From a virus: 32,950 nt of DNA. A program made the translations under genes and the position numbers. Below, one piece after another: positions 1-7,362 of the stretch (its first letter is position 1; each line of letters starts with the position of its first letter). The stretch lies in IMG/VR virus record IMGVR_UViG_3300010429_000248, one strand, 5' to 3'. Under the pieces are notes generated by a model. It ran no database searches and was not told the origin of the DNA. It was given only the letters and a program-made list of their open reading frames with translations.

Positions 1-127
1 AACAATTGATGAAAGCCGTTTCTGCCTTTTGGCGTTGATTTGAAATAGGCATCGCCTTTCAGGTCAACCAATGTCGGTCTCAAAATAGCGTTCCAAGTAT
101 TCATCAAATCGCTTACCATTGCCGCCT
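1..127. repeat. Terminal direct repeat identical to 32824..32950, interpreted as the overlap of a circular contig
   Basis: Bases 1-127 (aacaattgatgaaagccg...ccattgccgcct) recur exactly at 32824-32950. The terL reading frame is continuous across the implied junction. Confidence 0.95.
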
Positions 128-494
128 CATCGAATATCAGGCGCTTGTATTTTCTGCCACGAACAGCGTCAGCCGCTTCAGCAGACCACATTTCAATCAC
201 GCCCCCCGTGACCAGCTCAAGCCGATGTTCCTGTTCGCTCTTATCCTTTTTCAGCGGCGCGAAGACATTGACGAACTCACGCCACACGTCCGAAAGCATC
301 TTGTAAGTTGGGAACATAATTCCAACTGGCGCTCCTGCTAAAACCACCGGGACCGCCTCGAAGATGTCAAGTTGTGTTTTGCCAAATCGCCTACCACAAA
401 CCTCCACGTTGAACCGCTTTGCTTCATCGAGTATCTGTCGTTGTGCCGGATGTGGCGCATTAGGCAGGATTAATTCGATTTGTCTGGTCGGCAT
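1..494 (-). CDS. terL: Terminase large subunit, N-terminal ATPase part (continues at 32823 downward once the circle is closed; about 407 aa in total)
   Basis: Absent from the ORF track because it runs off the window edge. ATG at 494 gives MPTRQIELILPNAPHPAQRQILDEAKRFNVEVCGRRFGKTQLDIFEAVPVVLAGAPVGIMFPTYK... It has a Walker-A-like GRRFGKT and a Walker-B-like LIFDEAA. Its last residues ...LIFDEAAMVSDLMNTW are the first residues of ORF 32094..32942. Confidence 0.85.
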   Translation of the reverse strand, partial: MPTRQIELILPNAPHPAQRQILDEAKRFNVEVCGRRFGKTQLDIFEAVPVVLAGAPVGIMFPTYKMLSDVWREFVNVFAPLKKDKSEQEHRLELVTGGVIEMWSAEAADAVRGRKYKRLIFDEAAMVSDLMNTWNAILRPTLVDLKGDAYFKSTPKGRNGFHQL

Positions 495-873
495 ATCTCA
501 CAATAATCTCAAGCGCGTTTCCTTCCGCGCCTGTTACCTCTGACTTTTGCGGCACTTTGCCAAGTTCCCGTTCGATAATCTCAGTGGCAACCGCCTGTTT
601 GATGCGGTCGTCACGCACACGCAATCCAGCAATCTTCACCTTCGCGGCTTCCTCAACCGCATCAGATAGCAACATGACGGCTCTGACTGCCTTGTCTTTT
701 CTCAATCTATCGGCGCGACTATTTAGTTCATCAATGTTTCTGTTATTCAACCAGCCTTTAGAAAACCCACAATTCCGCAGTGCTTCCGCGTTACTAACCG
801 CATCAGACCGCGCTAAAACATAGGCGGTCTCTCGCTCATCGAGCGTGTCAAAAACAGTACTTGTGCGGTTCAT
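460..873 (-). CDS. terS: Putative terminase small subunit (HTH protein)
   Basis: 137 aa, immediately upstream of terL and overlapping its start by 35 nt. It has an HTH-like segment ETAYVLARSDAVSNAEALRNCGFSKGW. The call rests mainly on position. Confidence 0.6.
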   Translation of the reverse strand: MNRTSTVFDTLDERETAYVLARSDAVSNAEALRNCGFSKGWLNNRNIDELNSRADRLRKDKAVRAVMLLSDAVEEAAKVKIAGLRVRDDRIKQAVATEIIERELGKVPQKSEVTGAEGNALEIIVRYADQTNRINPA

Positions 874-881
874 TTTGGTAC

Positions 882-1058
882 TTAGCTCTTTACCCTCGCA
901 TCGAACACCAACGGAACGCCCTCGCGCTTCGCCTCAATCAGCATCGCCATTTGCGGGATTGCCGACTCTGGTAAGTCAAGCGTTATTCGGATGCCTCCAT
1001 CCGATAGCGTCTGCGCCTTTGCCACAATCGCGTCAAAGCGAATTACTGCCTCTGCCAA
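882..1058 (-). CDS. Small hypothetical protein (58 aa, TTG start), below the ORF-track cutoff
   Basis: My translation is LAEAVIRFDAIVAKAQTLSDGGIRITLDLPESAIPQMAMLIEAKREGVPLVFDARVKS. GAGG lies 5 nt upstream of the TTG at 1058. Codon usage matches the phage. The stop is 10 nt before terS, and the ORF is in frame with the preceding HNH stop. Confidence 0.35.
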   Translation of the reverse strand: MAEAVIRFDAIVAKAQTLSDGGIRITLDLPESAIPQMAMLIEAKREGVPLVFDARVKS

Positions 1059-1070
1059 ATCAGCCTCGTC

Positions 1071-1802
1071 TTAAACAGTAATCGCGCTTCGTCTTTGCGC
1101 GAGAAGCCACTCGATAGGAGTTTTATCTTTCTTGCTCATGTTACATTTTTTGCACGCTGGAACAATATTGTCCATTGTTGTTCCGCCACCTCGTGAGACT
1201 GGAATTACATGTTCTTGTTGAATGTTTTCTTCACTTCCACAATAGGCGCACCTATTACCGTACATTTCTAAAATCAATCGCCATTGCACCGTTGTAAGAT
1301 CACAGACCAATCCTTTTTTTCGTGCGTTTCTTCGGCTTGAGGCGGATGCAATAGCCTGTTTTCCGCCATCCGATTGTCGATAAAGTGCTCTTGTCTGTTT
1401 ATAAAGATCGCTTTCTTGATACTTTTTTCTTTGCAACACGCGTTCTGGTCTTGCATTATCGAGTTGGTGTTTTTCTCTTCGTTCTGGAGTGCTATTTAGC
1501 TTTCGAATGTACTCGTGGTATTTTTCTGACTTTTGATAGTTTTGTTTATATTCCTTGCCTTTATCGGTTTTGAACCATTTGCGTGTTGCTATTCTGTTTT
1601 GCTCTCGGAGTTTTTCGATATTCTCTTCACGCCACTTTGCTTTTGACTCAGCCCAACGTCCTTCAGCATTGCCAGCTTTTAAGTATGCTTTTGAACATTC
1701 TTTGCACCACCCACACAAGCCGTCGTAACGAGATTTGTTCTTGTAAAACTCGCAAGTGTTCAAGATGCGATTACATTTAGGACATAATTTAGACATAATC
1801 AT
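1071..1802 (-). CDS. HNH endonuclease (free-standing, terminase-associated position)
   Basis: C-terminal HNH motif CAYCGSEENIQQEHVIPVSRGGGTTMDNIVPACKKCNMSK and an N-terminal CPKC...CKEC zinc ribbon. The gene is visibly AT-rich, with A-ending codons unlike its neighbours. Confidence 0.85.
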   Translation of the reverse strand: MIMSKLCPKCNRILNTCEFYKNKSRYDGLCGWCKECSKAYLKAGNAEGRWAESKAKWREENIEKLREQNRIATRKWFKTDKGKEYKQNYQKSEKYHEYIRKLNSTPERREKHQLDNARPERVLQRKKYQESDLYKQTRALYRQSDGGKQAIASASSRRNARKKGLVCDLTTVQWRLILEMYGNRCAYCGSEENIQQEHVIPVSRGGGTTMDNIVPACKKCNMSKKDKTPIEWLLAQRRSAITV

Positions 1803-1886
1803 TCTGCCAAACCAATCGAGTGCGCAATACCATGCGCGAGTACGTCCACAAACACTCGCGTCCGCCCTGAAAGTCGGTCAGCCACT

Positions 1887-2237
1887 TCATTGCGGCTTCA
1901 CTCGCGGCTTTGGCACTGGCTTCGACACGAGCGCCAGGATTTCCTTCGCCTGCTTGTCGTGCGTGTTGATGTCCGCGCGCATCTCGTCAACGGTCATTAC
2001 CAGCTTGCCGGTAATCGAAGCGAGGTTGGCGAGGCTCTCATTCACGTCGCTCATCGCGCAATTGTTTTCCTCGCGCTGTTCCTTGTTGAACTGCCGCCAT
2101 TGGTTATCAACCTTGAAGATAAATTCTTGCCATTTTTCGGATTGCTTTGTCAGCCATGCCAGCACACCGCCGAAGAACGCGATGAATAGGCAAACGTAGA
2201 CCGCTTGCTCCCATGCAATAATAGGCACAGCTTCCAT
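1887..2237 (-). CDS. Membrane protein with one N-terminal TM helix, possible lysis accessory
   Basis: 116 aa with the hydrophobic helix VYVCLFIAFFGGVLAWL followed by a charged helical region. It lies directly downstream of the holin-like gene. Confidence 0.55.
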   Translation of the reverse strand: MEAVPIIAWEQAVYVCLFIAFFGGVLAWLTKQSEKWQEFIFKVDNQWRQFNKEQREENNCAMSDVNESLANLASITGKLVMTVDEMRADINTHDKQAKEILALVSKPVPKPRVKPQ

Positions 2238-2243
2238 CGCCGG

Positions 2244-2630
2244 TTACCCTTTGTCCAGCCAGCGCTCGGTAGCCGACTGCGTTTCCGGCTTGTTGATTAG
2301 TTGCAGCACCGCCGCCTCGATAGCCGCGTCGATCAGGTCAATGTCCACGCTCACGTGCCGCGCCTCAAGCCACAACTCCACGATCTGGATCGCGTACTGT
2401 TTCTTGTCGTCAATCAGCTCGGCAATGCCAGCTTGTTCCGCTGCCCTCACCGCCATCTTGGCAGCGTCTTCGAGCAAGTCGGTGATCTGCGGCGCGAATG
2501 AGTCCTTAGCCTGCATCCAAGCCTTACGTGCCAGCGCAATCACCAGCCCCAAGACAGCGACCGCGAGTGGCGGCAATACGGCGATCAGCACCGCTTCCAG
2601 TACCTTGCTAAATATCGGCATCCAGTCCAT
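2244..2630 (-). CDS. Holin, LL-H-like family
   Basis: 128 aa with the N-terminal TM segment VLEAVLIAVLPPLAVAVLGLVIAL. The following AAKMAVRAAEQAG...KKQYAIQIVELWLEARHVSVDIDLIDAAIEAAV pattern matches what I recall of Holin_LLH proteins. Confidence 0.6.
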   Translation of the reverse strand: MDWMPIFSKVLEAVLIAVLPPLAVAVLGLVIALARKAWMQAKDSFAPQITDLLEDAAKMAVRAAEQAGIAELIDDKKQYAIQIVELWLEARHVSVDIDLIDAAIEAAVLQLINKPETQSATERWLDKG

Positions 2631-2653
2631 TCAAAGCCTCCGTAAGTTATTGA

Positions 2654-2920
2654 TTATTCGTGAACGTGTGAGATTTCCCTGCATCCGCGCAAGGCAAAGG
2701 TCGGTTTAGCTCGATAGCCGCCCCGACCATTAGGTTCGATTTCTGACAATTGAAGGTGCTCGTGCCGTCTGTCGCTAAGCTCAACGCGGTTATTGTCGTT
2801 GACGATTAGCCGTAACCATTCAGGCCATTCGGCGGCAACGTAACCATAGATACTTCCACACTCAGCACAAATCCAACGTTTATTGGTTATCGACTTGCCG
2901 CATGGACAGAATCTTGCCAT
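2654..2920 (-). CDS. Zinc-ribbon protein (trimmed to an internal ATG)
   Basis: MARFCPCGKSITNKRWICAECGS gives CxC...CxxC. GAGGA lies 8 nt upstream of the ATG at 2920. The longer track ORF (to 3121) would overlap the HTH gene 2952..3164 in another frame. Confidence 0.6.
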   Translation of the reverse strand: MARFCPCGKSITNKRWICAECGSIYGYVAAEWPEWLRLIVNDNNRVELSDRRHEHLQLSEIEPNGRGGYRAKPTFALRGCREISHVHE

Positions 2921-2951
2921 AGTTAGTCCTCTACTAAAGATAGCGTCACAA

Positions 2952-3164
2952 CTATGCCTTACTATGCAATTTATCGAGTAATTTGGAAATATGACCTTGC
3001 GAATATCCGAAGATTGAACCAATCTCAGTTTGACTAAACCCACATACCCATAGGTACAAAATAGCTCGGTCGATGTGACCGAGCTTGTCGATTGCCCTTT
3101 GCGCGTCCAGCTTGTTGTCAACGCTCATCGTGTCGTTCGTTGCGAACATGTCATCCAAGTTCAT
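2952..3164 (-). CDS. Sigma-70 region-4-like HTH protein, candidate late-gene regulator
   Basis: 70 aa. IDRAILYLWVCGFSQTEIGSIFGYSQGHISKLLDKL resembles ECF-sigma region 4 or a LuxR-type HTH. It is the last gene before the lysis and packaging genes. Confidence 0.6.
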   Translation of the reverse strand: MNLDDMFATNDTMSVDNKLDAQRAIDKLGHIDRAILYLWVCGFSQTEIGSIFGYSQGHISKLLDKLHSKA

Positions 3165-3475
3165 TCCGCCTCCAATGCCTTCCTGACCATCTCAACAGCC
3201 TCGCCGCTCTTGACCGCCTTGCCGTCGAACGACAGCACGCGCCAGCCGGCTAATTGCGCCAGGTTCGCCTTCTCGTAATCGCGCCTTATCCCCAAGCCGG
3301 TCGAGTGCCCTCCGCGCGTGAACGTGCCGCCGTTGATCTCAATCAGCAACCGCGCCTCACGAAAGCAGAAGTCGAACCGGAACTTGCGCCCTGGTATCAC
3401 GCACGCCTCCCGCTCCGGCTCTGGCAACCCCAACGCTCTAACCTGCACAACGAACAGGTCCTCAAGCTCGCTCAT
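3161..3475 (-). CDS. Vsr/DUF559-like PD-(D/E)XK endonuclease
   Basis: 104 aa. The RKFRFDFCFREARLLIEINGGTF...H pattern is typical of very-short-patch-repair-like or DUF559 nucleases. Confidence 0.6.
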   Translation of the reverse strand: MSELEDLFVVQVRALGLPEPEREACVIPGRKFRFDFCFREARLLIEINGGTFTRGGHSTGLGIRRDYEKANLAQLAGWRVLSFDGKAVKSGEAVEMVRKALEAE

Positions 3476-3954
3476 TTCAGCCCCATCCGGTTTAGCGCCG
3501 TCTTGACCGCCGGACGGCTGACCTTGAACTCCCTGCTCAAGCCCCAGATGCTGTGCCCGTCCGAACGCAACCGCGCCAGCCTTGCCAGTTGCTCACCTTC
3601 GAGCGCGTAAGGCTTGAATTTCGGCTGCTCTTTCAACTCCAGCCCCCTTTCCACCATAACCCGTTTGATGCGCTCGTTGCTCACGCCCAACCCAAGCCGG
3701 ATGTCGGTCAACGTGCTGCCGTCAAATACCATGTCCGCGATGCGGTTTTCCAACTCAATCTGCTCATCGGTCTTGTGCACCACGTGGGTTGCCCTTTCGT
3801 TGTGCGGTGTGCGCTCCTCGCCTTGTTGCCAGCGCGGGCACTCCAGTAACCCGCCCTCAAGCTGGAACTCCCACTCATTCAGCACCACGCAGAATCCGAT
3901 CACCGGATCGCTTGACCTGTTCCAATGCTTGCAATTCAGGCAGTTAGTCTTCAT
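3472..3954 (-). CDS. DNA-binding protein (N-terminal Cys cluster plus resolvase-type HTH)
   Basis: Trimmed to the ATG at 3954 (MKTNCLNCKHW...), which overlaps the micro-ORF upstream. C-terminal HTH: SIWGLSREFKVSRPAVKTALNRMG. Confidence 0.6.
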   Translation of the reverse strand: MKTNCLNCKHWNRSSDPVIGFCVVLNEWEFQLEGGLLECPRWQQGEERTPHNERATHVVHKTDEQIELENRIADMVFDGSTLTDIRLGLGVSNERIKRVMVERGLELKEQPKFKPYALEGEQLARLARLRSDGHSIWGLSREFKVSRPAVKTALNRMGLK

Positions 3955-4045
3955 CGCGCGCCCCTGCGACCAACAGCGCGAACACCAACAGCCCAACGTT
4001 CGCGCCAACGAAGATGCCAACGATCAAGCCGGTAACGAAGCTCAT
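3944..4045 (-). CDS. 33-aa single-TM micro-protein (not in the ORF track)
   Basis: My translation is MSFVTGLIVGIFVGANVGLLVFALLVAGARDED. Its ATG overlaps the stop of 4042..4359 as ATGA, and its 3' end overlaps the ATG at 3954. Confidence 0.45.
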   Translation of the reverse strand: MSFVTGLIVGIFVGANVGLLVFALLVAGARDED

Positions 4046-4359
4046 CTCTGCCTCCACTCATCCACCAACTTGCGCCACTCGTTCTCGGCTCGCGTCACGA
4101 TGTCGTTGTCCATGCCGTCCTGGTTCAGCAGAATGTTGCCGACTGCGATGAGCCATCCAATCATCTGCTCCGCACGTCTGGCACGAGTGTACAATCTACG
4201 CGCCTCGTCAAATAACGTACCTATACGTGATTCCAAATGTGATAACTCAGACGCTAACTCGTCACACTTAGCCTCCGACTCCTCCAACTTGCGCTTCAAC
4301 TCCTGATTGTCAATCCGGTACGCCGTAATCAGCGCGTCCTTGCATTTCTTGGCTTTCAT
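4042..4359 (-). CDS. Hypothetical coiled-coil protein
   Basis: 105 aa with a heptad-like charged sequence (LKRKLEESEAKCDELASELSHLESRIG). It is packed in the operon with overlapping stops. Confidence 0.6.
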   Translation of the reverse strand: MKAKKCKDALITAYRIDNQELKRKLEESEAKCDELASELSHLESRIGTLFDEARRLYTRARRAEQMIGWLIAVGNILLNQDGMDNDIVTRAENEWRKLVDEWRQR

Positions 4360-4532
4360 GCCGCCACCTCCGCCTCACGCTCGACCCACATCTGCACCGC
4401 TTGCGCCAAGTCGCGCATCTGCTCGCCATTCAGCCACCACGGATTGAAGCCTTGTATAAATACCTGCGTCATTCCTTCATGTTCGCGCAACGAAACATTA
4501 CCTGCGATTATTGACTTGCTCACGTCTACCAT
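4356..4532 (-). CDS. Hypothetical protein (58 aa, trimmed start)
   Basis: The ATG at 4532 (MVDVSKSIIAGN...) is preceded by AGGAG 9 nt upstream. The longer track ORF overlaps 4498..4695. Confidence 0.45.
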   Translation of the reverse strand: MVDVSKSIIAGNVSLREHEGMTQVFIQGFNPWWLNGEQMRDLAQAVQMWVEREAEVAA

Positions 4533-4695
4533 CGGTCTGCTCCTGTTTCTGATCCGTTCGTTCCGCCCAAGTGTCATCCACGATCCAGTTGCGGTCGTGG
4601 CACTCAGCCTCAATCAGCTTGCGGAGGCGCGAGTACGTCAGCGCCTCCACCTCGAACTCACCCGACTCGTTGTAGTTTCGGATGAGGTAGCGCAT
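4498..4695 (-). CDS. Hypothetical protein (65 aa)
   Basis: Its start codon overlaps the ssb stop. No recognisable motif. Confidence 0.45.
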   Translation of the reverse strand: MRYLIRNYNESGEFEVEALTYSRLRKLIEAECHDRNWIVDDTWAERTDQKQEQTDGRREQVNNRR

Positions 4696-5051
4696 TAGTA
4701 ACTCTCGTCAATTTCCGGCTCAGCCTTGCCACCCAGGAAGCGCACATTGTCCGCCACCACGTCGTAGCTCGCGCCCCACGTGCCGTCCTTGCGCTGGAAC
4801 ACTTTCGGACCGCCGTTCGCGTCTGGCGCAAGCCTGCCTTCGACCAGCACCTTGCTGCCCTTCGTCAGGAATTGCGCGCACGATTCCGCTTGCTTGTCCC
4901 AGACGGTAATATGCCACCAGGTTGTTTCGTCTTTGTCGCCATATTTGCGCGACGTTGCCACCGATAGCGTGCAGACAGGCTTGGCGTCTGCGGTGAAGCG
5001 GAGTTCTGGGTCGCGTCCGAGATTGCCGATAATGATTAGTTTTTGGTACAT
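4695..5051 (-). CDS. ssb: Single-stranded DNA-binding protein
   Basis: The OB-fold signature MYQKLIIIGNLGRDPELRFT...TTWWHITVWDKQAE...KGSKVLVEGRL and an acidic C-terminal tail EPEIDESY. Confidence 0.9.
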   Translation of the reverse strand: MYQKLIIIGNLGRDPELRFTADAKPVCTLSVATSRKYGDKDETTWWHITVWDKQAESCAQFLTKGSKVLVEGRLAPDANGGPKVFQRKDGTWGASYDVVADNVRFLGGKAEPEIDESY

Positions 5052-5233
5052 TATTTCTGCTCCTCTGAATTAGTTTGAACTTTCAACTTGTCTCGAATAT
5101 CGAGGTAATCCACGCACTCCGCCGCGTCCTCGTCCCGCGTGATCCGTGCGCACTTGTGAAGCACGCAGTACCAGTAAGGCGGGAACGCGTCCGGCTTGTT
5201 GCTCGACCAGTAGCATTGAGAGCAATATTTCAC
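5051..5233 (-). CDS. Cys-rich small protein (GTG start overlapping the upstream stop)
   Basis: VKYCSQCYWSSNKPDAFPPYWYCVLHKCARI... The GTG at 5233 overlaps the TGA of 5230..5973 as GTGA. The longer track ORF would overlap that gene by 100 nt. Confidence 0.4.
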   Translation of the reverse strand: MKYCSQCYWSSNKPDAFPPYWYCVLHKCARITRDEDAAECVDYLDIRDKLKVQTNSEEQK

Positions 5234-5973
5234 CGCGCGCCTCGCTTCGACCAGGCTTCGTAAGTGCCAGCCTGAACGATCGCGTCGTACTTGGTCGGCT
5301 TCGCACCGTTCCTGCCTTCGCGCTTCCAACGTTCCAAGATGCTGTTGACATAGCCGAACGTCTTGCCCTTGCCAGTCGCTTCGGCAATGGCGTCACGAAC
5401 CCAGCCGGCGGAGTAGATGTTCACCGCGCTGTCTATGGCGGTGGCGATGCGTTCTGTAACCGGCGTTATGGCTTCGAATGCCACGTACAATTCTGAGTTT
5501 TTGCCTGAATAAGCAGCAGCTGGTTTATCTTTTAATTCTTCATCTGTATGGGTATTAACATGGGTATGGGTATGGCTTTCGTTTTGCTTTTCATTTGCTT
5601 TCATTTTGCTTTCGTTTTGCTTTTCGTTTGCTTTTGCTGGACGACCTCCTTGCTTTCCTGCGTCTGACCTTTTGCTTTTTATTTCTTCGATTTGTGTGCG
5701 TGAATAGTTGTAATCAAGGAAGTCGTGGATGAGGTATCCGCCCTCCACTCTATCGAGTAAATCGCACTCAACAAGGCGGTCTGCAAGTTCTTTTGGTCTG
5801 CGTTGGAATGCCTGCATACCAACTAAATCGAGCATGTCATCAGCGATAAAACCTTCAGTCAAAAACGCGTTGCAATGGCATAGTGCAGCCACGTAAAATA
5901 TGATCGCATCCTTACCAGATTTTCGCACCTTCGGATGATTAAAAAAGTTGTCGTCAATGCGCGCCCAAGCCAT
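5230..5973 (-). CDS. Replisome organiser / DnaD-domain replication protein
   Basis: 247 aa. The N-terminus MAWARIDDNFFNHPKV and the C-terminal region AGWVRDAIAEATGKGKTFGYVNSILERWKREG resemble a DnaD-like domain. The central low-complexity linker is encoded by the repeats at 5548-5640. Confidence 0.65.
   Translation of the reverse strand: MAWARIDDNFFNHPKVRKSGKDAIIFYVAALCHCNAFLTEGFIADDMLDLVGMQAFQRRPKELADRLVECDLLDRVEGGYLIHDFLDYNYSRTQIEEIKSKRSDAGKQGGRPAKANEKQNESKMKANEKQNESHTHTHVNTHTDEELKDKPAAAYSGKNSELYVAFEAITPVTERIATAIDSAVNIYSAGWVRDAIAEATGKGKTFGYVNSILERWKREGRNGAKPTKYDAIVQAGTYEAWSKRGAR
5575..5640. repeat. Six tandem 11-nt units GCTTT(T)C(G/A)TTT(T), iteron-like, inside the replication gene
   Basis: The units start at 5575, 5586, 5597, 5608, 5619 and 5630. 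The 24-mers 5575-5598 and 5608-5631 match at 23 of 24 positions. An adjacent ATGGGT hexamer recurs at 5548, 5560 and 5566. Confidence 0.8.
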
Positions 5974-6353
5974 CAGAACAATCCGATCTGCGGCGCGCGG
6001 TCCAGCTCCAACTTTGCCGGCAACTTTGCGCGTTCGATCACCATCCGGCGCTTGCGTGTCGTGTTCTCGCGGCTCAGCAATTCGTTCGCCACGTGCCAGC
6101 GTTCCTCTTCGTTGTTGATAATCCAGCGCCCTGCAATGCCAGCATGAGCGCCGATTGGCCAGCCGTAGTCAACCACCAACGTTTCCAGCATGTCGCGTAC
6201 CTGGCGCTCACCGAAGCCAACCCGCTCCGCTAACTTTTCGATGCGTACGGCGTTGTCCTCACCGATGTGGTCGCTCATGCAAGCGGCAACCAGGCGGATG
6301 TCGGCTTCCTTGATCTCGGCAGATTTCAGGCGGTAATAATCACTTGGGTTCAT
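5973..6353 (-). CDS. Hypothetical early protein
   Basis: 126 aa. The stop overlaps the next gene start. No motif recognised. Confidence 0.6.
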   Translation of the reverse strand: MNPSDYYRLKSAEIKEADIRLVAACMSDHIGEDNAVRIEKLAERVGFGERQVRDMLETLVVDYGWPIGAHAGIAGRWIINNEEERWHVANELLSRENTTRKRRMVIERAKLPAKLELDRAPQIGLF

Positions 6354-6416
6354 AGATGCCCTTCTTCCGGTGAATAACGCCCGCCGGCAGGCTCGTGGGT
6401 GAAGGAGGCATCCACG

Positions 6417-7061
6417 CTAAATTTCTTTATTCGCGCGTGCCTTGATGATGACCTTGCTGGCGGCCAACTTGTCCTCGTAAACCTTGCGGTCTTCAGGGTT
6501 CAGGTTGTTGTTCTTGAGCGCCTTATTGATCCCCAACTGCATCGCCTGAAGCTTCTCGCTTGGCAGGTCGCTGTATTTGACGCCTTCGCTGTTGGTCATG
6601 ATGAGCGCCCGTTCCAACGGCATTGTTGGCGCTTCAGGATCTTCAACCTTGACCGGCGCGGCTTGTGGCTTGTTCGCGTCACCGTCTTCGTCTGAGTAAA
6701 TGCCCAGCAACGAGGCTAAAGCGTAGCGGCGCAAGTATGTTATGATTGACCCAGCCACCTGTGCGCTTGACTTGCCGCGTTCCTCGCCAACTGACATTGA
6801 AACGGAGCTGCAGATCCATTCGCCTGAGTTGTGGATGAGTACGGTCTCGACACCGATCACCCCGTCTTCGCCAAAAGTGAGTTGACTGGTCGCCAGACCG
6901 TACTTGGCTAATATCGGCTTGACCGCGTGGATGATTGCGCCTAAACTGGCGTAACCGTTCTTGAGGAATGGATTGACCGAATCGAATTTGATGGCAGGAA
7001 ATTCCGCCTGTGCTTGGCTGAGCGCCTTCGATAGATTGACGATACTTTCTGACTTGTTCAC
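6417..7061 (-). CDS. erf: ERF-family single-strand annealing protein
   Basis: LSKALSQAQAEFPAIKFDSVNPFLKNGYASLGAIIHAVKPILAKYGL matches the ERF N-terminal pattern. Trimmed to the GTG at 7061, which has AAGGAG 5 nt upstream and overlaps the TGA of 7058..7249 as GTGA. Confidence 0.8.
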   Translation of the reverse strand: MNKSESIVNLSKALSQAQAEFPAIKFDSVNPFLKNGYASLGAIIHAVKPILAKYGLATSQLTFGEDGVIGVETVLIHNSGEWICSSVSMSVGEERGKSSAQVAGSIITYLRRYALASLLGIYSDEDGDANKPQAAPVKVEDPEAPTMPLERALIMTNSEGVKYSDLPSEKLQAMQLGINKALKNNNLNPEDRKVYEDKLAASKVIIKARANKEI

Positions 7062-7249
7062 GATAGCTCCTTTACGCGTTCCTTTGCGAGCATGACTTCT
7101 TCCATAATGGCATCGATCTCTCGCTTGTTCAAATTCCAACTGATACTGTGCGGGATCATCTCTTGCATTTCCTGCCTGAGATAGCGCACCGTTTCCATTG
7201 CGTGCTCGATTGAGAATTGGTATTCCAGCAACAGCTTGCTTTCGGTCAT
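7058..7249 (-). CDS. Hypothetical protein (63 aa)
   Basis: Listed in the ORF track. It is translationally coupled on both sides. Confidence 0.5.
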   Translation of the reverse strand: MTESKLLLEYQFSIEHAMETVRYLRQEMQEMIPHSISWNLNKREIDAIMEEVMLAKERVKELS

Positions 7250-7353
7250 CGGATACGCTCACTCTCTGTCAGTACGTCGCTAATCCACGCCAGCAAAACG
7301 AACGGCGCGCCGATTACGATTGTCATCAAGATAAACGCTAACGCTGCTTCCAT
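7246..7353 (-). CDS. 35-aa single-TM micro-protein (not in the ORF track)
   Basis: My translation is MEAALAFILMTIVIGAPFVLLAWISDVLTESERIR. Its TGA overlaps the ATG at 7249. Confidence 0.4.
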   Translation of the reverse strand: MEAALAFILMTIVIGAPFVLLAWISDVLTESERIR

Positions 7354-7362
7354 GTCTGCCTC

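Noticed and set aside
1-127. 127-bp repeat as a genuine phage direct terminal repeat
   Set aside because: It lies inside the terL coding frame and joins the two halves seamlessly. Assembly overlap of a circular or circularly permuted genome is the simpler reading.
6354-6416. GC-rich hairpin GCCTGCC/GGCGGGC as an internal terminator between erf and the next gene
   Set aside because: The stem has essentially no loop and no U tract follows. It is too weak to call.
6417-7262. N-terminal extensions of several track ORFs (6417-7262, 7363-8034, 3472-4020, 2654-3121, 13694-15118, 17030-18160, 23931-24305, 27038-28261, 29177-29788)
   Set aside because: The extensions overlap upstream genes in other frames and have odd composition. 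Internal ATG/GTG codons with Shine-Dalgarno motifs and ATGA/GTGA overlaps give non-overlapping, tightly coupled genes.
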